A program made the position numbers and the translations under genes. From Bacteroidia bacterium (GTDB lineage Bacteria > Bacteroidota > Bacteroidia > NS11-12g > UBA955): 64,000 nt of DNA. Positions 1-11,038 of the stretch are shown here, piece after piece. Positions within the stretch are counted from its first letter, which is position 1. Each line of letters starts with the position of its first letter. A model generated the notes under the pieces. It saw nothing but the letters and a program-made list of their open reading frames with translations, was not told the DNA's origin and did no database searches. The stretch is taken from the NCBI GenBank assembly GCA_041391605.1, contig JAWKNQ010000007.1, positions 23,195 to 87,194 of the forward strand. The letters are read 5' to 3'.

Positions 1-1
1 T

Positions 2-199
2 CATAGTAAAGATTATAAAAAAGAAACATTTTTGAAATATTTCAGACAAGAGAAAGAGGCCGTTGAAAAATTATACAATTTCGCTGAAACCGTCTTGTTA
101 TCTGTTAAAGAAACTGATTTAGCATTTGAAAGAGCACAAGAAAAAGTAGAAAAACTTGCTGAAAGTCTTAAAGATACAGAGAAAACAGACTTAAAGTAA
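2..199 (+). CDS. C-terminal fragment of a hypothetical protein (window edge, 5' partial)
   Basis: Open frame 2 from the window start to TAA at 197-199; K/E-rich helical tail. Confidence 0.35.
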   Translation, partial: HSKDYKKETFLKYFRQEKEAVEKLYNFAETVLLSVKETDLAFERAQEKVEKLAESLKDTEKTDLK

Positions 200-316
200 A
201 CAATTCGACCATATAGAGGGTTCTAAAGAAGCTATATTTAGAATCAAAAAAAAATAATTGCCTTTGTAGTTTTTAAAACTTACTTTTGCACCCTTTTTTA
301 CCCTAAATATAGTCCA

Positions 317-1363
317 ATGAAATTATCAAAATTCAGCTTCGAATTACCACCAAATTTAATCGCTCAAGACCCTAACAAAAATAGAGATGAGAGCAAGTTG
401 ATGATTTTGAATAGAAGTACTCAAAAAATTGAACATAAAAAGTTCAAGGATATTTTGGATATTTTTGATGAAAATGACTTGATGGTGTTAAACAACACAA
501 AAGTATTTCCTGCTCGTATGTTTGGAAATAAAGAGAAAACTGGAGCAAAAATTGAAGTATTCCTTTTACGTGAACTAAACGAAGAGAATAAACTATGGGA
601 CGTTCTTGTTGATCCAGCCAGAAAAATTAGAGTTGGAAATAAATTGTACTTTGGAGATGATGATTTAGTAGCTGAGGTTGTAGATAATACAACAAGTAGA
701 GGAAGAACAATTCGATTCCTATTTGACGGAAGCAAGGAAGAGTTTAATAACATTGTTAAGAAATTAGGAGAAACTCCAATTCCAAAATACATTGATAGAG
801 CAGTAAAAAAGGATGACGAAGAGAGATATCAAACTATATTTGCTTCTGTTGAAGGTGCCGTTGCTCCACCTACCGCCGGATTGCATTTCAGTAGGGAATT
901 GTTAATGCGATTGGATATAAAGGGTGTTAACTTTACAGAACTAACGCTTCACCAAGGCCTAGGTACAGTTAGAAATGTTGAAGTTGAAGATTTAAGTAAG
1001 CATAAAATGGATTCTGAGAATTACATTATCAGCGAAAAAACGGCTGATCTTGTAAATGCGACAAAACAACAAAAAAAGCGAATCGTAGCTGTTGGTGCTG
1101 GAGCAATGAGAGCACTTGAATCTTCTGTATCATCAACTGGAACATTGAATGCGAGTTCAGGTTGGACAGATAAATTTATCTCTCCAGAATATGATTTCTC
1201 AATTGCGAATGCTTTTATCACTAATATGCACGCACCACAAAGTACATTGTTGATGTTGGCGGCTGCATTTGGAGGATATGATTTTGTAATGGATGCTTAT
1301 AAAGAAGCCATTAAAAAGAAATATTCATTCCAGTGTTATGGCGATGCAATGTTGATACTTTAA
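317..1363 (+). CDS. queA: S-adenosylmethionine:tRNA ribosyltransferase-isomerase
   Basis: 348 aa; N-terminal [17 protein letters not shown] and overall length and architecture typical of QueA. Confidence 0.92.
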   Translation: MKLSKFSFELPPNLIAQDPNKNRDESKLMILNRSTQKIEHKKFKDILDIFDENDLMVLNNTKVFPARMFGNKEKTGAKIEVFLLRELNEENKLWDVLVDPARKIRVGNKLYFGDDDLVAEVVDNTTSRGRTIRFLFDGSKEEFNNIVKKLGETPIPKYIDRAVKKDDEERYQTIFASVEGAVAPPTAGLHFSRELLMRLDIKGVNFTELTLHQGLGTVRNVEVEDLSKHKMDSENYIISEKTADLVNATKQQKKRIVAVGAGAMRALESSVSSTGTLNASSGWTDKFISPEYDFSIANAFITNMHAPQSTLLMLAAAFGGYDFVMDAYKEAIKKKYSFQCYGDAMLIL

Positions 1364-1373
1364 GCAACAATGG

Positions 1374-2105
1374 ATGGGTAATCCATTTTTTCATTTCAAA
1401 CAATTTAGTATTCTGAAGCAAGAAAAAGGCTTGAAAGTCACAACAGACTCATGCCTACTCGGTGCTTTAGCTAATTATTATTCACCAAAGAGATGTCTTG
1501 ATATTGGAACGGGAACTGGTGTTATAGCAATGATGCTGGCTCAAAAATTTCCAAATTCTAAGATTGATGCCATTGATATTGAGGATGAAATCGTGAAACA
1601 GGCTCAATTTAACATTAATCACTCAATCTTTTCGTCACAGATAGAAATCTCAAATTCTGATGTTCTGAACTTTTCTAAGGTATACTTGTACGACTTAATC
1701 ACCTGCAATCCTCCTTATTTTTCAAATCACCTAAAAAAGGCATCAAGCGAAAAGAATTCGGCCATTCATAATTTACAACTTCCTCTTGATCAATTTATTA
1801 AATCAATTAAATCCCTACTTAATCCTAACGGAGTATTTTGGGTGATTTATCCAAATTATGAATCAGAACTTTTTAAGGAGTTGGCCATTCAATCAAACTT
1901 ATTTCCAATAGAGGAATATCAAATCTTTACAAGACCTGAAAAGATGTTTCGCAAGATTACGTCTTATTCGTTACAAGCAGTTTCAAATATTCAAGATTCA
2001 ATTCTAGTCTTAAATAATGATGAAGGAGAAAAAACTGCACAGTTTACAAATCTCATGCGACCTTTTTATCTAGAAAATACCGAATTATATCAAAGCAAGG
2101 CATAG
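1374..2105 (+). CDS. tRNA1(Val) (adenine37-N6)-methyltransferase (YfiC/TrmN6-like class I SAM methyltransferase)
   Basis: FKQF..TDSCLLGA..LDIGTGTGVIAMMLAQ motif I and NPPYF motif IV; collinear with E. coli YfiC. Confidence 0.8.
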   Translation: MGNPFFHFKQFSILKQEKGLKVTTDSCLLGALANYYSPKRCLDIGTGTGVIAMMLAQKFPNSKIDAIDIEDEIVKQAQFNINHSIFSSQIEISNSDVLNFSKVYLYDLITCNPPYFSNHLKKASSEKNSAIHNLQLPLDQFIKSIKSLLNPNGVFWVIYPNYESELFKELAIQSNLFPIEEYQIFTRPEKMFRKITSYSLQAVSNIQDSILVLNNDEGEKTAQFTNLMRPFYLENTELYQSKA

Positions 2106-2136
2106 AATATAATATTTGGCCTATTTTTGCATTTAA

Positions 2137-2868
2137 ATGGAAGACATTCTAAGTTCCGCTGGATTAATTAGTTTACTCACTTTAACCTTTATGGAAGTGA
2201 TACTTGGAATTGATAACATAATTTTCGTAAGCATCGTTGCTGGTAGAGCAGAAAAAAAAGATCAACGAAAAGCAAGAAACATTGGATTAATTCTCGCCAT
2301 GTTGCTAAGGTTGTTGCTATTGTTATTAATTCAAATAATCATTGATGCGCAATCTACCTTATTTACCATTCCACTTGATTTTGTAGGGAAAGATATTAGT
2401 GTAAAAGATTTAATCCTTCTAACTGGAGGTTTATTTTTAATTTACAAATCAACCACTGAAATTCACGATAAAATAAACGATGACGAACAACACGAAATTG
2501 CGGGGGGTAAGAAACATAAATTAAGTAACTTAATCGGTCAAATACTTTTATTAAACTTAGTATTTTCAATTGATTCAATTATTACTGCAATTGGACTTAC
2601 TCAAAGTATTTCTATTATGTTTGTTTCAATAATTATTTCAATGATTATTATGATGTTGGTTTCAAGCGGAATTAGTAAATTCGTCAACAAACATCCTACT
2701 GTTAAAATACTTGCACTCTCCTTCCTATTAATGATTGGCTTTATGTTAATCGTTGAAGCTTTCGAAATTCATGTACCAAAAGGGTATATCTATTTCTCAA
2801 TGGCATTCAGCTTGTTTGTCGAAATGTTAAATATTAAACTAAGAACTAAATTGACCAAATCGAAATAA
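2137..2868 (+). CDS. TerC family integral membrane protein
   Basis: ILGIDNIIFVSIVAGR TerC signature; multiple TM helices. Confidence 0.8.
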   Translation: MEDILSSAGLISLLTLTFMEVILGIDNIIFVSIVAGRAEKKDQRKARNIGLILAMLLRLLLLLLIQIIIDAQSTLFTIPLDFVGKDISVKDLILLTGGLFLIYKSTTEIHDKINDDEQHEIAGGKKHKLSNLIGQILLLNLVFSIDSIITAIGLTQSISIMFVSIIISMIIMMLVSSGISKFVNKHPTVKILALSFLLMIGFMLIVEAFEIHVPKGYIYFSMAFSLFVEMLNIKLRTKLTKSK

Positions 2869-2925
2869 TGTTTAAAAAAGAATTTGACTGTAATTACCGA
2901 TTTGAATCATTTATAAATTTTAATC

Positions 2926-4068
2926 ATGTTGAAAGTGTCTGGACTGAAATATTACCACAAAATCATTTCACTTTGCAAAGATATTAAAGCACTAGAAGTC
3001 TCAAATCCAGCAGATATTAATTTTAATTATGTCAACATATTCAGGAATGAGAAATTAATTGGTGTTATGTATGTACAATGTTTAAACTTTAACAAGAAAC
3101 ATTACAATCATGATATTTTCGATCAAAATGTTCTAAAACTTTTAAAGGAATGCATTGTAAAACAATCCGTCAATATCCTTATATGCGGGAACATCTTTAG
3201 GGTAAATTTCCAAGGATTTTATTTTGTAGATAAAGCAGATAAAGAATCTATATTTGATTGTCTTCAGCTATATCGCAAAAGCATTAAAAACGAAAAAGAG
3301 ATTTGTGGTATTCTTGTTAAGGATTGTGCTAGAGAATTTAATAGCAATCAATTCACTTGTCATAAGTTCAAGTCATTTAAGCAAGACCTGACAATGGAAA
3401 TGAAGATTGAACCTAATTGGAATACTTTTGAATCTTACACCGCGGACTTAAGCAGAAAATACAGACAAAGAGCTTCGAAAATCAGAAAATCACTCAATGA
3501 TATCCAAATAAAGGCACTGACCATTGAAGAAATTGAACTTTATAAAAGCCGTATCGAAGAATTGTATTTGAATATAGTTAATAAGCAAAGTTTAGCATTA
3601 GGTATACTCAATGTTAATTATTTTATTGAAATGAAATCAGCCTTGCAAGATAAATTCAAAATATATGGATTTTTCAAGGAGAATGAATTACTTGCATTTA
3701 GTAGTCATATATACTATCCTTTAAAAAACAGAATGGAAATACACTACATTGGCTTGGATTATAAATTCAATCAAGAGTTCAACTTGTATTTCAATATTTT
3801 ATTTAATGGAATAGAAAAGGCAATCGAAGGGAATTACAATTCAATTGAAATGGGTAGAACTGCAAGAGAAGCTAAAGCAAACGCAGGAGCATATCCTGTC
3901 GAAAACTACAATTACGTATGGATAAAGCCGGGATTAATTAAACTTGCATTTAAATTTGTAGGCACATGGTTTGACCGCAATATTGGTGAAGACTGGCTAA
4001 AAAGAAGTCCTTTTAAAACCAAGTTGAATACGGAGCCAAGCTTGAAATCTGCTCAAAACCATTCTTAA
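2926..4068 (+). CDS. Hypothetical protein, possibly a GNAT/FemAB-like acyltransferase fold
   Basis: 380-aa intact ORF; weak resemblance to FemAB-like GNAT proteins; function uncertain. Confidence 0.45.
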   Translation: MLKVSGLKYYHKIISLCKDIKALEVSNPADINFNYVNIFRNEKLIGVMYVQCLNFNKKHYNHDIFDQNVLKLLKECIVKQSVNILICGNIFRVNFQGFYFVDKADKESIFDCLQLYRKSIKNEKEICGILVKDCAREFNSNQFTCHKFKSFKQDLTMEMKIEPNWNTFESYTADLSRKYRQRASKIRKSLNDIQIKALTIEEIELYKSRIEELYLNIVNKQSLALGILNVNYFIEMKSALQDKFKIYGFFKENELLAFSSHIYYPLKNRMEIHYIGLDYKFNQEFNLYFNILFNGIEKAIEGNYNSIEMGRTAREAKANAGAYPVENYNYVWIKPGLIKLAFKFVGTWFDRNIGEDWLKRSPFKTKLNTEPSLKSAQNHS

Positions 4069-4462
4069 TCGGGTTCCATTGCAGAAATACATGCTGAATT
4101 CCATTTGTGAGAAATATTTTCTTTACACCTAAATTCTTTTGATAGATTCCAGCCTGATGTAAAACTTTATTATCTAAATTAACATAAGGGGCTTTACACT
4201 CAATTAATAGTTCTAATTCACCTTTGCTATTTGCAACAACAACATCAAATCGCTTTTGCAATCCATTGAAATGAAATGCACGTTCAACTGATATCAATCC
4301 TTTAGGCACACCTATATCTTCAACCAAATAACACAACACATGTTGTCTTACCCATTCCTCAGGAGTTAGAACAAAATACCCTTTTCGAATAATGTCGAAA
4401 ATTAGTGTATTACCTTGTTCTTGTTTTGTCGTAAAATTGTAGGACTTAAAATTGAGCTTCAA
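4013..4462 (-). CDS. Type I restriction enzyme HsdR N-terminal domain-containing protein (stand-alone)
   Basis: 149 aa; LIECKAP and WVRQHVL match HSDR_N domain proteins conserved next to holA in Flavobacteriia. Confidence 0.65.
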   Translation of the reverse strand: MKLNFKSYNFTTKQEQGNTLIFDIIRKGYFVLTPEEWVRQHVLCYLVEDIGVPKGLISVERAFHFNGLQKRFDVVVANSKGELELLIECKAPYVNLDNKVLHQAGIYQKNLGVKKIFLTNGIQHVFLQWNPIKNGFEQISSLAPYSTWF

Positions 4463-4482
4463 GAGGGCAAACTTAATTCATA

Positions 4483-5445
4483 ATGGCGAATCAGACCAAC
4501 TTAAAATTCGAACAAATACTAGCAGATATTGACAAGCGAAAATTTACGCCATTATATTTGTTGGAGGGCGATGAGTCATATTTCATTGATGAAATTAGCA
4601 AAGAGCTAGAAAACAAAGTTTTAAAGCCAGAAGAAAAAAGTTTCAACCAAACAATTGCATACGGCAAAGACATCACAGCTCTTGAAATCAAAATGGCGTG
4701 TAAACGTTATCCTATGATGAGTGAATATCAACTTATCATTATCAAGGAAGCTCAGAATCTGGAAGAAATCGAACAACTAGAAGATTATTTGGAAAACCCA
4801 ATGAACACAACTATCCTCGTATTGTGTTACAAAGGTAAAAAAGTGGATAAGAGAAAGAAAGTTGGGAAACTATTCTCAAAATACACTCATTTCACGGCAG
4901 ATCGATTGAGAGATTATGAAATTACTCCATGGATAGAACGATTTGTGAAAGGAAAAGGTCGTAATATCGATGTAAAGGCAATTCAAATGATTGCTGATTT
5001 TTTAGGAAGTGATCTTGGTAAAATTGCAAATGAAATTGAGAAAATGTTGGTAAATGTCAAAAAAGATGTTGCCATAATAGGCATTTCTCATGTGGAGGAA
5101 AACATAGGAATAAGCAAGGAGTATAATGTTTTTGAGTTACAGAAGGCGTTAGGTCATAAAAATTTCAACAAAGCTATTCAAATCACACATTATTTTGCGT
5201 CAAACCCAAAAATATATAATTCCAATTATAGCAAATTTATACTCATACTTTTTCCAAAGTATACGCACCACAACTTAAAAGGAAATCGAAAAAGAATTTC
5301 TCAGGCAATTGGGGTACATGAATTCTTTGTTGATTATAAAGTTGCAGCCAATAATTTTCATCCAAACTCGATTGAGCAAATTTTTGCCAACTTAAAGTAT
5401 TATGATTTGCGTTCAAAGGGAGTTGATGATACGAACTTTAGATGA
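4483..5445 (+). CDS. holA: DNA polymerase III subunit delta
   Basis: 320 aa; YLLEGDESYFIDEIS N-terminus and AAA-lid architecture typical of HolA. Confidence 0.85.
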   Translation: MANQTNLKFEQILADIDKRKFTPLYLLEGDESYFIDEISKELENKVLKPEEKSFNQTIAYGKDITALEIKMACKRYPMMSEYQLIIIKEAQNLEEIEQLEDYLENPMNTTILVLCYKGKKVDKRKKVGKLFSKYTHFTADRLRDYEITPWIERFVKGKGRNIDVKAIQMIADFLGSDLGKIANEIEKMLVNVKKDVAIIGISHVEENIGISKEYNVFELQKALGHKNFNKAIQITHYFASNPKIYNSNYSKFILILFPKYTHHNLKGNRKRISQAIGVHEFFVDYKVAANNFHPNSIEQIFANLKYYDLRSKGVDDTNFR

Positions 5446-5710
5446 TGGTCAATTATTGATTGAATTAGTGGTTAAAATTTTGAGAATTGATGAAAATCAA
5501 TCCTGATGAAACATTGTAGAATTTGTTTGTCTCGTGTCTAATTTACCTAAATAAATTGATAGACAAACAGATAATAAGACTAATGTAGACACAATATAAC
5601 TCAAACTTATATTTACTATCAAAAGGCATTAATTATTTCTTAAATTGTTTTAATAATTTACGATTTTCATTTATTTTACACCTTTAAATATATATATTCC
5701 ATTGTTAATC

Positions 5711-7672
5711 ATGAACAAAAAATTACTTTTATCTGCTTTTTAATGCATTTTTTGGCATTTTCACAAAGCAAAGACGCATCTAGATTTGGGCAAACTGTTA
5801 TCGGGGGAGCTCAGAAGATCAACGCAAATCAAACTGCCTCAAAGATCCAAGCACCTTGGACTCTATGTTGAATGCAGGATCAAAATCAGATACGAAAATT
5901 CTTCCAATTCAAAAGAGGAATAATCAACTACAACTTTATCAAAGTAGGTAGTACTTATTACGATTTACAGACAAATGCCAGTATGGTTGAACGTATTCAC
6001 TTACACGACGATGGTAAAATTTCTTTGGCTTGGACAACCTCCACAATTGCTGCATACCAACGTGGCACAGGCTACAATCATTATGATTTAAGCAATTGGC
6101 TTACTGTAATGACCCAACACAAGACTTGAATCGGCTCGTTCCGTTTAGGTTGGCCCTCAATTAGGTTAACAACGGAAAAGAATGGGTTATGGGTCACTCT
6201 GCTGCTAATGGAGGTTTTGTAATGTCAACCAATGCAGTATTGAGTACTTTTACTTGGACAGGAAAGGATCTGCAATTCTTACAGAATCAGGACGTGGTAA
6301 TTTGGGGTCGTGTAATGAATTCTGGTGATATTTTCCATTGTGTAGCTAGTTATTCCTGACTCATCAAGTGCTGGCGGTAAGGCTCAAAGGTAATGGTGTT
6401 TATGCCAATGACATACAGTCGTTCAATGGATGGTGGTGTGAATTGGGATATTGAACATATTTTACTTCCTGGTTATGACAGTGCTAGAATTACTTCTGGG
6501 TGGCGGCGACCAATATGCAATTGATGTTCGCGATTCCTATTGTTGCTATTGTAACAGGCGGATTATTAAGAGATGTTGCAGTATGGAAATCTACTGACAA
6601 TGGTTCTACCTTTACAAAAATGATTTGTGACTCGTTATGTATGCTCCATATGATGCTAAAAAATTAATGCTTGATACGCCTTATACATCTGATGGTTCTG
6701 TTGATGTATTAATTGACAATAACTTGGTAAAATCCACATTTTGGGGAGTTGGAAGAGTGTTAGACACCGATACAACAGATGAATCTTATAGTTTCTATCC
6801 CTGGAACTTCATTGTTAGGTTACTGGAATGAAAATATTATGATGCCACAATTTATTGCTGGTGGTCTTCAATTTGATCGTGATGGAAGTGGTACAATTAC
6901 AATCTCAGCTGGTAACACTGCTACTCTTGAAAATGGTCTTGTCCCACAAGCACTTAAAAACAACGGTATTTCGTCAGTAGCGCGTTTAGGTAATACTTCA
7001 TTACTCCATATGCCTTCTGCTGGTATCGATGCAAATGGAAATATTTTCGTAACCTTCTCTTATCCATTAGAACAAGATTTAGATCCAAACAATGTTAACT
7101 TGAGAGATATTATGATTGTTCACTCTACAGACGGAGGTAACACATGGGCAGATCCACAAGACATCACTCAAATCAGAGGTTTTTGAAGAAAGAATTTGCT
7201 TGTATCGCGAAAAGTAAATGATTTCGTTCACGTTGTTTTTCCAACAAGATCAATTGGCTGAAACAATCTTCAAACAATAGTAATGTAGATAACAACCGCC
7301 TGCAGGTGTAAATGATATCGTTTATGCTGCTGTTCCTGTTGCTAAAATATTAGATGGTTCAATAGAGCTTTTATTGAATACAAACGTTTCAAAACTACAA
7401 TGCAATCAAAGAAGTGTTTATCGTTTCTCAAAACTACCCTAACCCATTCAGTTCTTCTTCAGAAGTTATTGTTTGGTTAGATACTGAATCAAACATTCAG
7501 CATTGATATTACAAATATTTCAGATAGGTAGTTTAACGCACTCAAAGTCAAGGGACTAAAGGTGCTGGAAATCGTTTTAAATATTAATGCGGATGGATTA
7601 ACTGCTGGAATTTACTTTTATACTGTAAAAACAGCGACTCACTCTGTAACCAAAAAGATGACCGTGAACTAA
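5711..7672 (+). pseudogene. Decayed gene for a T9SS-secreted BNR/sialidase-like repeat protein (multiple frameshifts and stops)
   Basis: Signal-peptide start MNKKLLLSAF then stop at 5711. Fragments 5872-6129, 6637-6831 and 6779-7186 sit in different frames. BNR motif STDGGNTWADP is present. An intact T9SS CTD reading (GIYFYTVKTATHSVTKKMTVN*) ends at 7672. Confidence 0.5.
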
Positions 7673-7710
7673 GCTACTAATTTGGTTAAAATCGATTAAA
7701 TCATGTAAAT

Positions 7711-7738
7711 GCCCTCACCAATGTGAGGGCATTTTTTA
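7711..7738 (+). terminator. Rho-independent terminator
   Basis: GCCCTCAC-caat-GTGAGGGC hairpin followed by ATTTTTTATT. Confidence 0.7.
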
Positions 7739-7803
7739 TTTGAAATCTAAGAGTGACTGAAATCATTGGAAACTTTCAATTATTCTTCTATTTTTGGCTA
7801 CTT

Positions 7804-8070
7804 ATGAGTTCAACACATATTTGCCAAAGTTGTAGTTTACCGATTGAAACAAATGAGATGAGAGGCACAGAAAAAAATGGTACAAAGAGCTTAATTTACT
7901 GTCAATATTGTTATATAGATGGTGCATACACTAACCCAAACTTAACATTAAGTGAAATGAAAGACATTGTGGGAGGTCAAATCAATAGCATGAAACTCCC
8001 AATTAATTTAAAAACAGAAATGATAGAATTGTCAGAAAAATTACTCCCTGGATTGAAAAGGTGGGAGTGA
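7804..8070 (+). CDS. Putative zinc-ribbon domain protein (Zn_ribbon_2-like)
   Basis: CQSC...YCQYCY double Cys pairs; ~89 aa counted from Met18 of the ORF. Confidence 0.6.
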   Translation: MSSTHICQSCSLPIETNEMRGTEKNGTKSLIYCQYCYIDGAYTNPNLTLSEMKDIVGGQINSMKLPINLKTEMIELSEKLLPGLKRWE

Positions 8071-8410
8071 TGCCTATTGAATTTATCCTTCTTCAAATAA
8101 AAACCAATGACTTTATATTAATTATATTAAATAAAAGGCATAAATAATCACTGAAAACAATAAGTTCTTTCTAAATCGGAGTTCTGGGTTTAAAGCATTA
8201 AATCACCCTTTCCAAACTTTAATATCCTTGTTCTTTTTTTAGTACTTTTCCTCGAATACATCTGCAACATCACCCAATCCACCGGTAAATCCCCTATGAT
8301 TACTATTGTGTTTACTCAAACGTGATGACATATCATCGCAAGTATGACCAATTTAATAGCGGTCTTTGAGCTTAGAATATAATATGTAAAACGTACACAT
8401 ATGAAATAGA

Positions 8411-8436
8411 AAAAGCCGCAAATATTTGCGGCTTTC
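8411..8436. terminator. Bidirectional stem-loop terminator
   Basis: AAAA-GCCGCAAAT-a-ATTTGCGGC-TTT. Confidence 0.5.
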
Positions 8437-8484
8437 TAGTGGGAGCTACTGGGTTCGAACCAGTGACCCTCTGCTTGTAAGGCA
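8437..8484. repeat. attL-type direct repeat: 48-bp copy of the tRNA-Val 3' end
   Basis: tagtgggagctactgggttcgaaccagtgaccctctgcttgtaaggca is identical to 16891-16938. Confidence 0.85.
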
Positions 8485-8601
8485 TAATACCAACATTCTA
8501 TCTAGTATCACATTACTAGCACAAATATAAGTATTTCAATGCTTTAACCTATTGTTTTAGCACTCTGTTTGTTTAACGTTAGTTGTTAATTTATCAACAC
8601 T

Positions 8602-8624
8602 GTATGCAAATCGTATGCAAATCG
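8602..8624 (+). promoter_or_regulatory. Tandem 11-mer GTATGCAAATC x2 (candidate integrase arm-type site / int operator)
   Basis: Exact tandem repeat directly upstream of, and overlapping, the int start; related copy at 16825-16846. Confidence 0.4.
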
Positions 8625-8638
8625 CTTATATTCGTGTT

Positions 8639-9892
8639 ATGAAAAACGAAGTATTCATTTCTATTTACCTAGATACCAGAAGAAGCAAGTCGAATGGTAA
8701 GTATCCAGTAAAACTGAGGGTATTTACTACCAATCCCAGAGTTCAGAAGCTTTACCCGACTAAATATGAGTATACCGACAAAGAATTTGATAGCATCTGG
8801 AATACTTTAAAGCCCAGAAAAGAATTTAAACATCACAGAAAACAATTACTGGATATTGAAGACAACGCAACCGAGATTTCTAAAGAAATGGAATACTTTG
8901 ATTTCACTTTATTTGAAAAAAAGTACTTTAGGAATAACGGTGAAGGCAGCGATGTATTTTATCATTACGGTAAAACCATTGAGTCTCTTATAAAATATAA
9001 ACAACTAGGGACCGCCAGTAATTATAGATTAAGTGAGAAATCTATAAAAAAATATTTGAAGGATAAGACTGGTAAGGAAATAGACAAGTTGCATTTTAAA
9101 GAAATTACAATTAATTGGTTAAAAGATTATGAATCTTATATGGTTGATGCTAACAATAGAAGTTATACTACCGTATCCATGTATCTAAGAGCCTTGCGAA
9201 CGCTATTTAATAATGCAATCAAAGATAAAGACATTGAATCAACTATTTACCCATTTGGAGACGGTAAGTATGTAATACCAGCATCGCAAAACATAAAAAA
9301 AGCATTAAGCAAAGCCGATTTGAAATCTTTGTTTCATTCAAAACCATTGACTCCAGAGCAAGAAAAGGCAAAGGACTTTTGGTTTTTTAGCTATGCTTGT
9401 AATGGTATGAATATTAAAGATATTGCTTTATTGAAATGGGGCAATATAAAAGGCGAAACGATTGAGTTCTACAGGTCCAAAACTAAAAACACTAGCAAAT
9501 CGAAATTAAAGCCTGTTCAAATAATTCTGAATGACTTTACAAAACAAACCATTGAAAAATACGGAAGTTCCAACAAAGAAAGGGACCAATTGATATTTCC
9601 ATTTATTATGAATGGGAAATCTGATTTAGAAAATTTCAATAAGATAAAGAACTTTACTAAGTTTATCAATCAAAACTTAAAGAAATTAGCCATTTCAAAT
9701 GGTATTACTGGAGATATTTCAACTTACTGGGCGAGACATAGCTTTGCAACTAATGCTGTCCGTTTGGGGGCTTCTATGGAGTTCGTTAGTGAAGCATTGA
9801 GCCATAATAATCTCAAAACAACGCAGAGTTATTTTGCAGGTTTTGAAGAAGATAGTAAGATTGAAATAATGGAAAAATTAATGGCATTTTAA
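8639..9892 (+). CDS. int: Site-specific tyrosine integrase (Bacteroidota Arm-DNA-binding type)
   Basis: YLDTRRSKSNGKYPVKLRV arm-binding N-terminus; C-terminal ARHSFAT (HxxR) and TTQSYF catalytic Tyr. ATG at 8639 preferred over 8615, which lies inside the repeat. Confidence 0.9.
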   Translation: MKNEVFISIYLDTRRSKSNGKYPVKLRVFTTNPRVQKLYPTKYEYTDKEFDSIWNTLKPRKEFKHHRKQLLDIEDNATEISKEMEYFDFTLFEKKYFRNNGEGSDVFYHYGKTIESLIKYKQLGTASNYRLSEKSIKKYLKDKTGKEIDKLHFKEITINWLKDYESYMVDANNRSYTTVSMYLRALRTLFNNAIKDKDIESTIYPFGDGKYVIPASQNIKKALSKADLKSLFHSKPLTPEQEKAKDFWFFSYACNGMNIKDIALLKWGNIKGETIEFYRSKTKNTSKSKLKPVQIILNDFTKQTIEKYGSSNKERDQLIFPFIMNGKSDLENFNKIKNFTKFINQNLKKLAISNGITGDISTYWARHSFATNAVRLGASMEFVSEALSHNNLKTTQSYFAGFEEDSKIEIMEKLMAF

Positions 9893-9899
9893 TAATAAA

Positions 9900-10076
9900 A
9901 TGAATAGACATTCTACATTCTTTATTGATAAAATTAAAAGATTTGATATTTGCAATACCAGTATTACTGAGTTAATCGGTGGCAAATTAGAGTGGGCTTT
10001 TGAAACTAAACCAACCATGGGAGAACACAATTATTTGGTTGTAGCGGTTGTCTTAAAACAAATTTGCATGTATTAA
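9900..10076 (+). CDS. Small hypothetical protein (58 aa) on the element
   Basis: Uninterrupted ATG-to-TAA ORF not in the supplied track (<60 aa); no homology recognised. Confidence 0.2.
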   Translation: MNRHSTFFIDKIKRFDICNTSITELIGGKLEWAFETKPTMGEHNYLVVAVVLKQICMY

Positions 10077-10085
10077 ATGTAGTGA

Positions 10086-10463
10086 ATGAAAAGTTCAAAG
10101 AATTTCCATTTTGGTTGCGATATGCATAGACGAATGGTTAAGAATGATTGGTCCGACAAATCTAAAATGGGAGATTATCCCTTATTACTTGCCAATAAAC
10201 TTTCTTATACGTACCAACATGTAATCAATAACATTAACAAAGATGACTGGTACAGCGATATTTATAATTACATTGACTACACTGTAGAAAGTTTTGGTTC
10301 CTTTCCTTATCAGTATGGAGGACCATTGTACATAGATTACTATTATAAAAGTCTAATAAATCTAATTAGTAATATCGCAGGGATTGAAGCAAACAAAAAG
10401 AAGCTTCTAATTTCTTTAATAAATCAGTTCGCAAAACCAAGTATAAAAAATGATAAAGGCTAA
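10086..10463 (+). CDS. Hypothetical protein (element cargo)
   Basis: 125-aa ORF, Tyr-rich; no recognisable domain. Confidence 0.4.
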   Translation: MKSSKNFHFGCDMHRRMVKNDWSDKSKMGDYPLLLANKLSYTYQHVINNINKDDWYSDIYNYIDYTVESFGSFPYQYGGPLYIDYYYKSLINLISNIAGIEANKKKLLISLINQFAKPSIKNDKG

Positions 10464-11038
10464 AAACATCAGAAGTTTATAAAAAATGGGTTGATTCATT
10501 TCCTTTTGGATTACCTTTTTAGAACCCTATAAAAACAACTCTTTTGATATGTTTTTGATGTTTAAAAATACAGATGAATTTAATCCGTATAGTTGGCAAA
10601 ACCAAAATTCACATTTTAAGCAATCTGGAGTTGATAGAAATTCTAGTTCAAAAACAAAAGACATCTTAATTGCAGCTAATCGAGAGCTTAAAGCAAATAC
10701 TTATTCTATTACTGAAGCAAATAGAAATGCAAATGTTGATACTAAATGAAGACCATAGAATTGAACAAGAAAGTTTATTAATTGAGTTCACAAGAGGCGA
10801 GAAAAAATATATAAGCATATTAAGAAGATGGCTAAAGAAAGAGAATACTTTGACAAATTAAGACCTTATTTGAATGAAGATTCAACTCCTTTAACCCCCA
10901 ACAAAAAGGGACTTATTAAGAACGGCTTTAAAAGAAAAATGTTTTTTTAATCTTTCTAAAGTCAAAGATTTAAATGAAAACTCTACAGAACTTTTAATTC
11001 AACTTCTTTTTGACAACAAAATTCCTTATCAAATCGCA

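Noticed and set aside
421-1221. Antisense ORFs inside queA (421-792, 1021-1221) and similar short antisense ORFs inside birA/coaX, ruvC, the RM gene and the adhesins
   Set aside because: They are fully embedded in strongly supported genes on the opposite strand, low-complexity, and have no homology. Typical AT-rich antisense artefacts.
5872-7186. Track ORFs 5872-6129, 6637-6831 and 6779-7186 as independent genes
   Set aside because: They lie in different frames of one decayed locus that begins with a signal peptide and ends with an intact T9SS CTD reading. Treated as fragments of a single pseudogene.
8238-8330. 30-aa minus-strand ORF (MSSRLSKHNSNHRGFTGGLGDVADVFEEKY)
   Set aside because: Too short with no recognisable family. 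It could be a real micro-protein but is not supportable from sequence alone.
8602-8624. Possible CRISPR or other interspaced repeat array (TATGCAAAT copies)
   Set aside because: Only two tandem copies at each site, with no spacers and no cas genes. Position just inside both att sites fits recombinase-binding sites better.
10549-10895. Overlapping small ORFs 10549-10749 and 10670-10861 as genes
   Set aside because: The same frame carries three in-frame stops within 40 bp (10859, 10871, 10892) and the sequence is A-rich and low-complexity. Probably noncoding, or a decayed remnant on the element.
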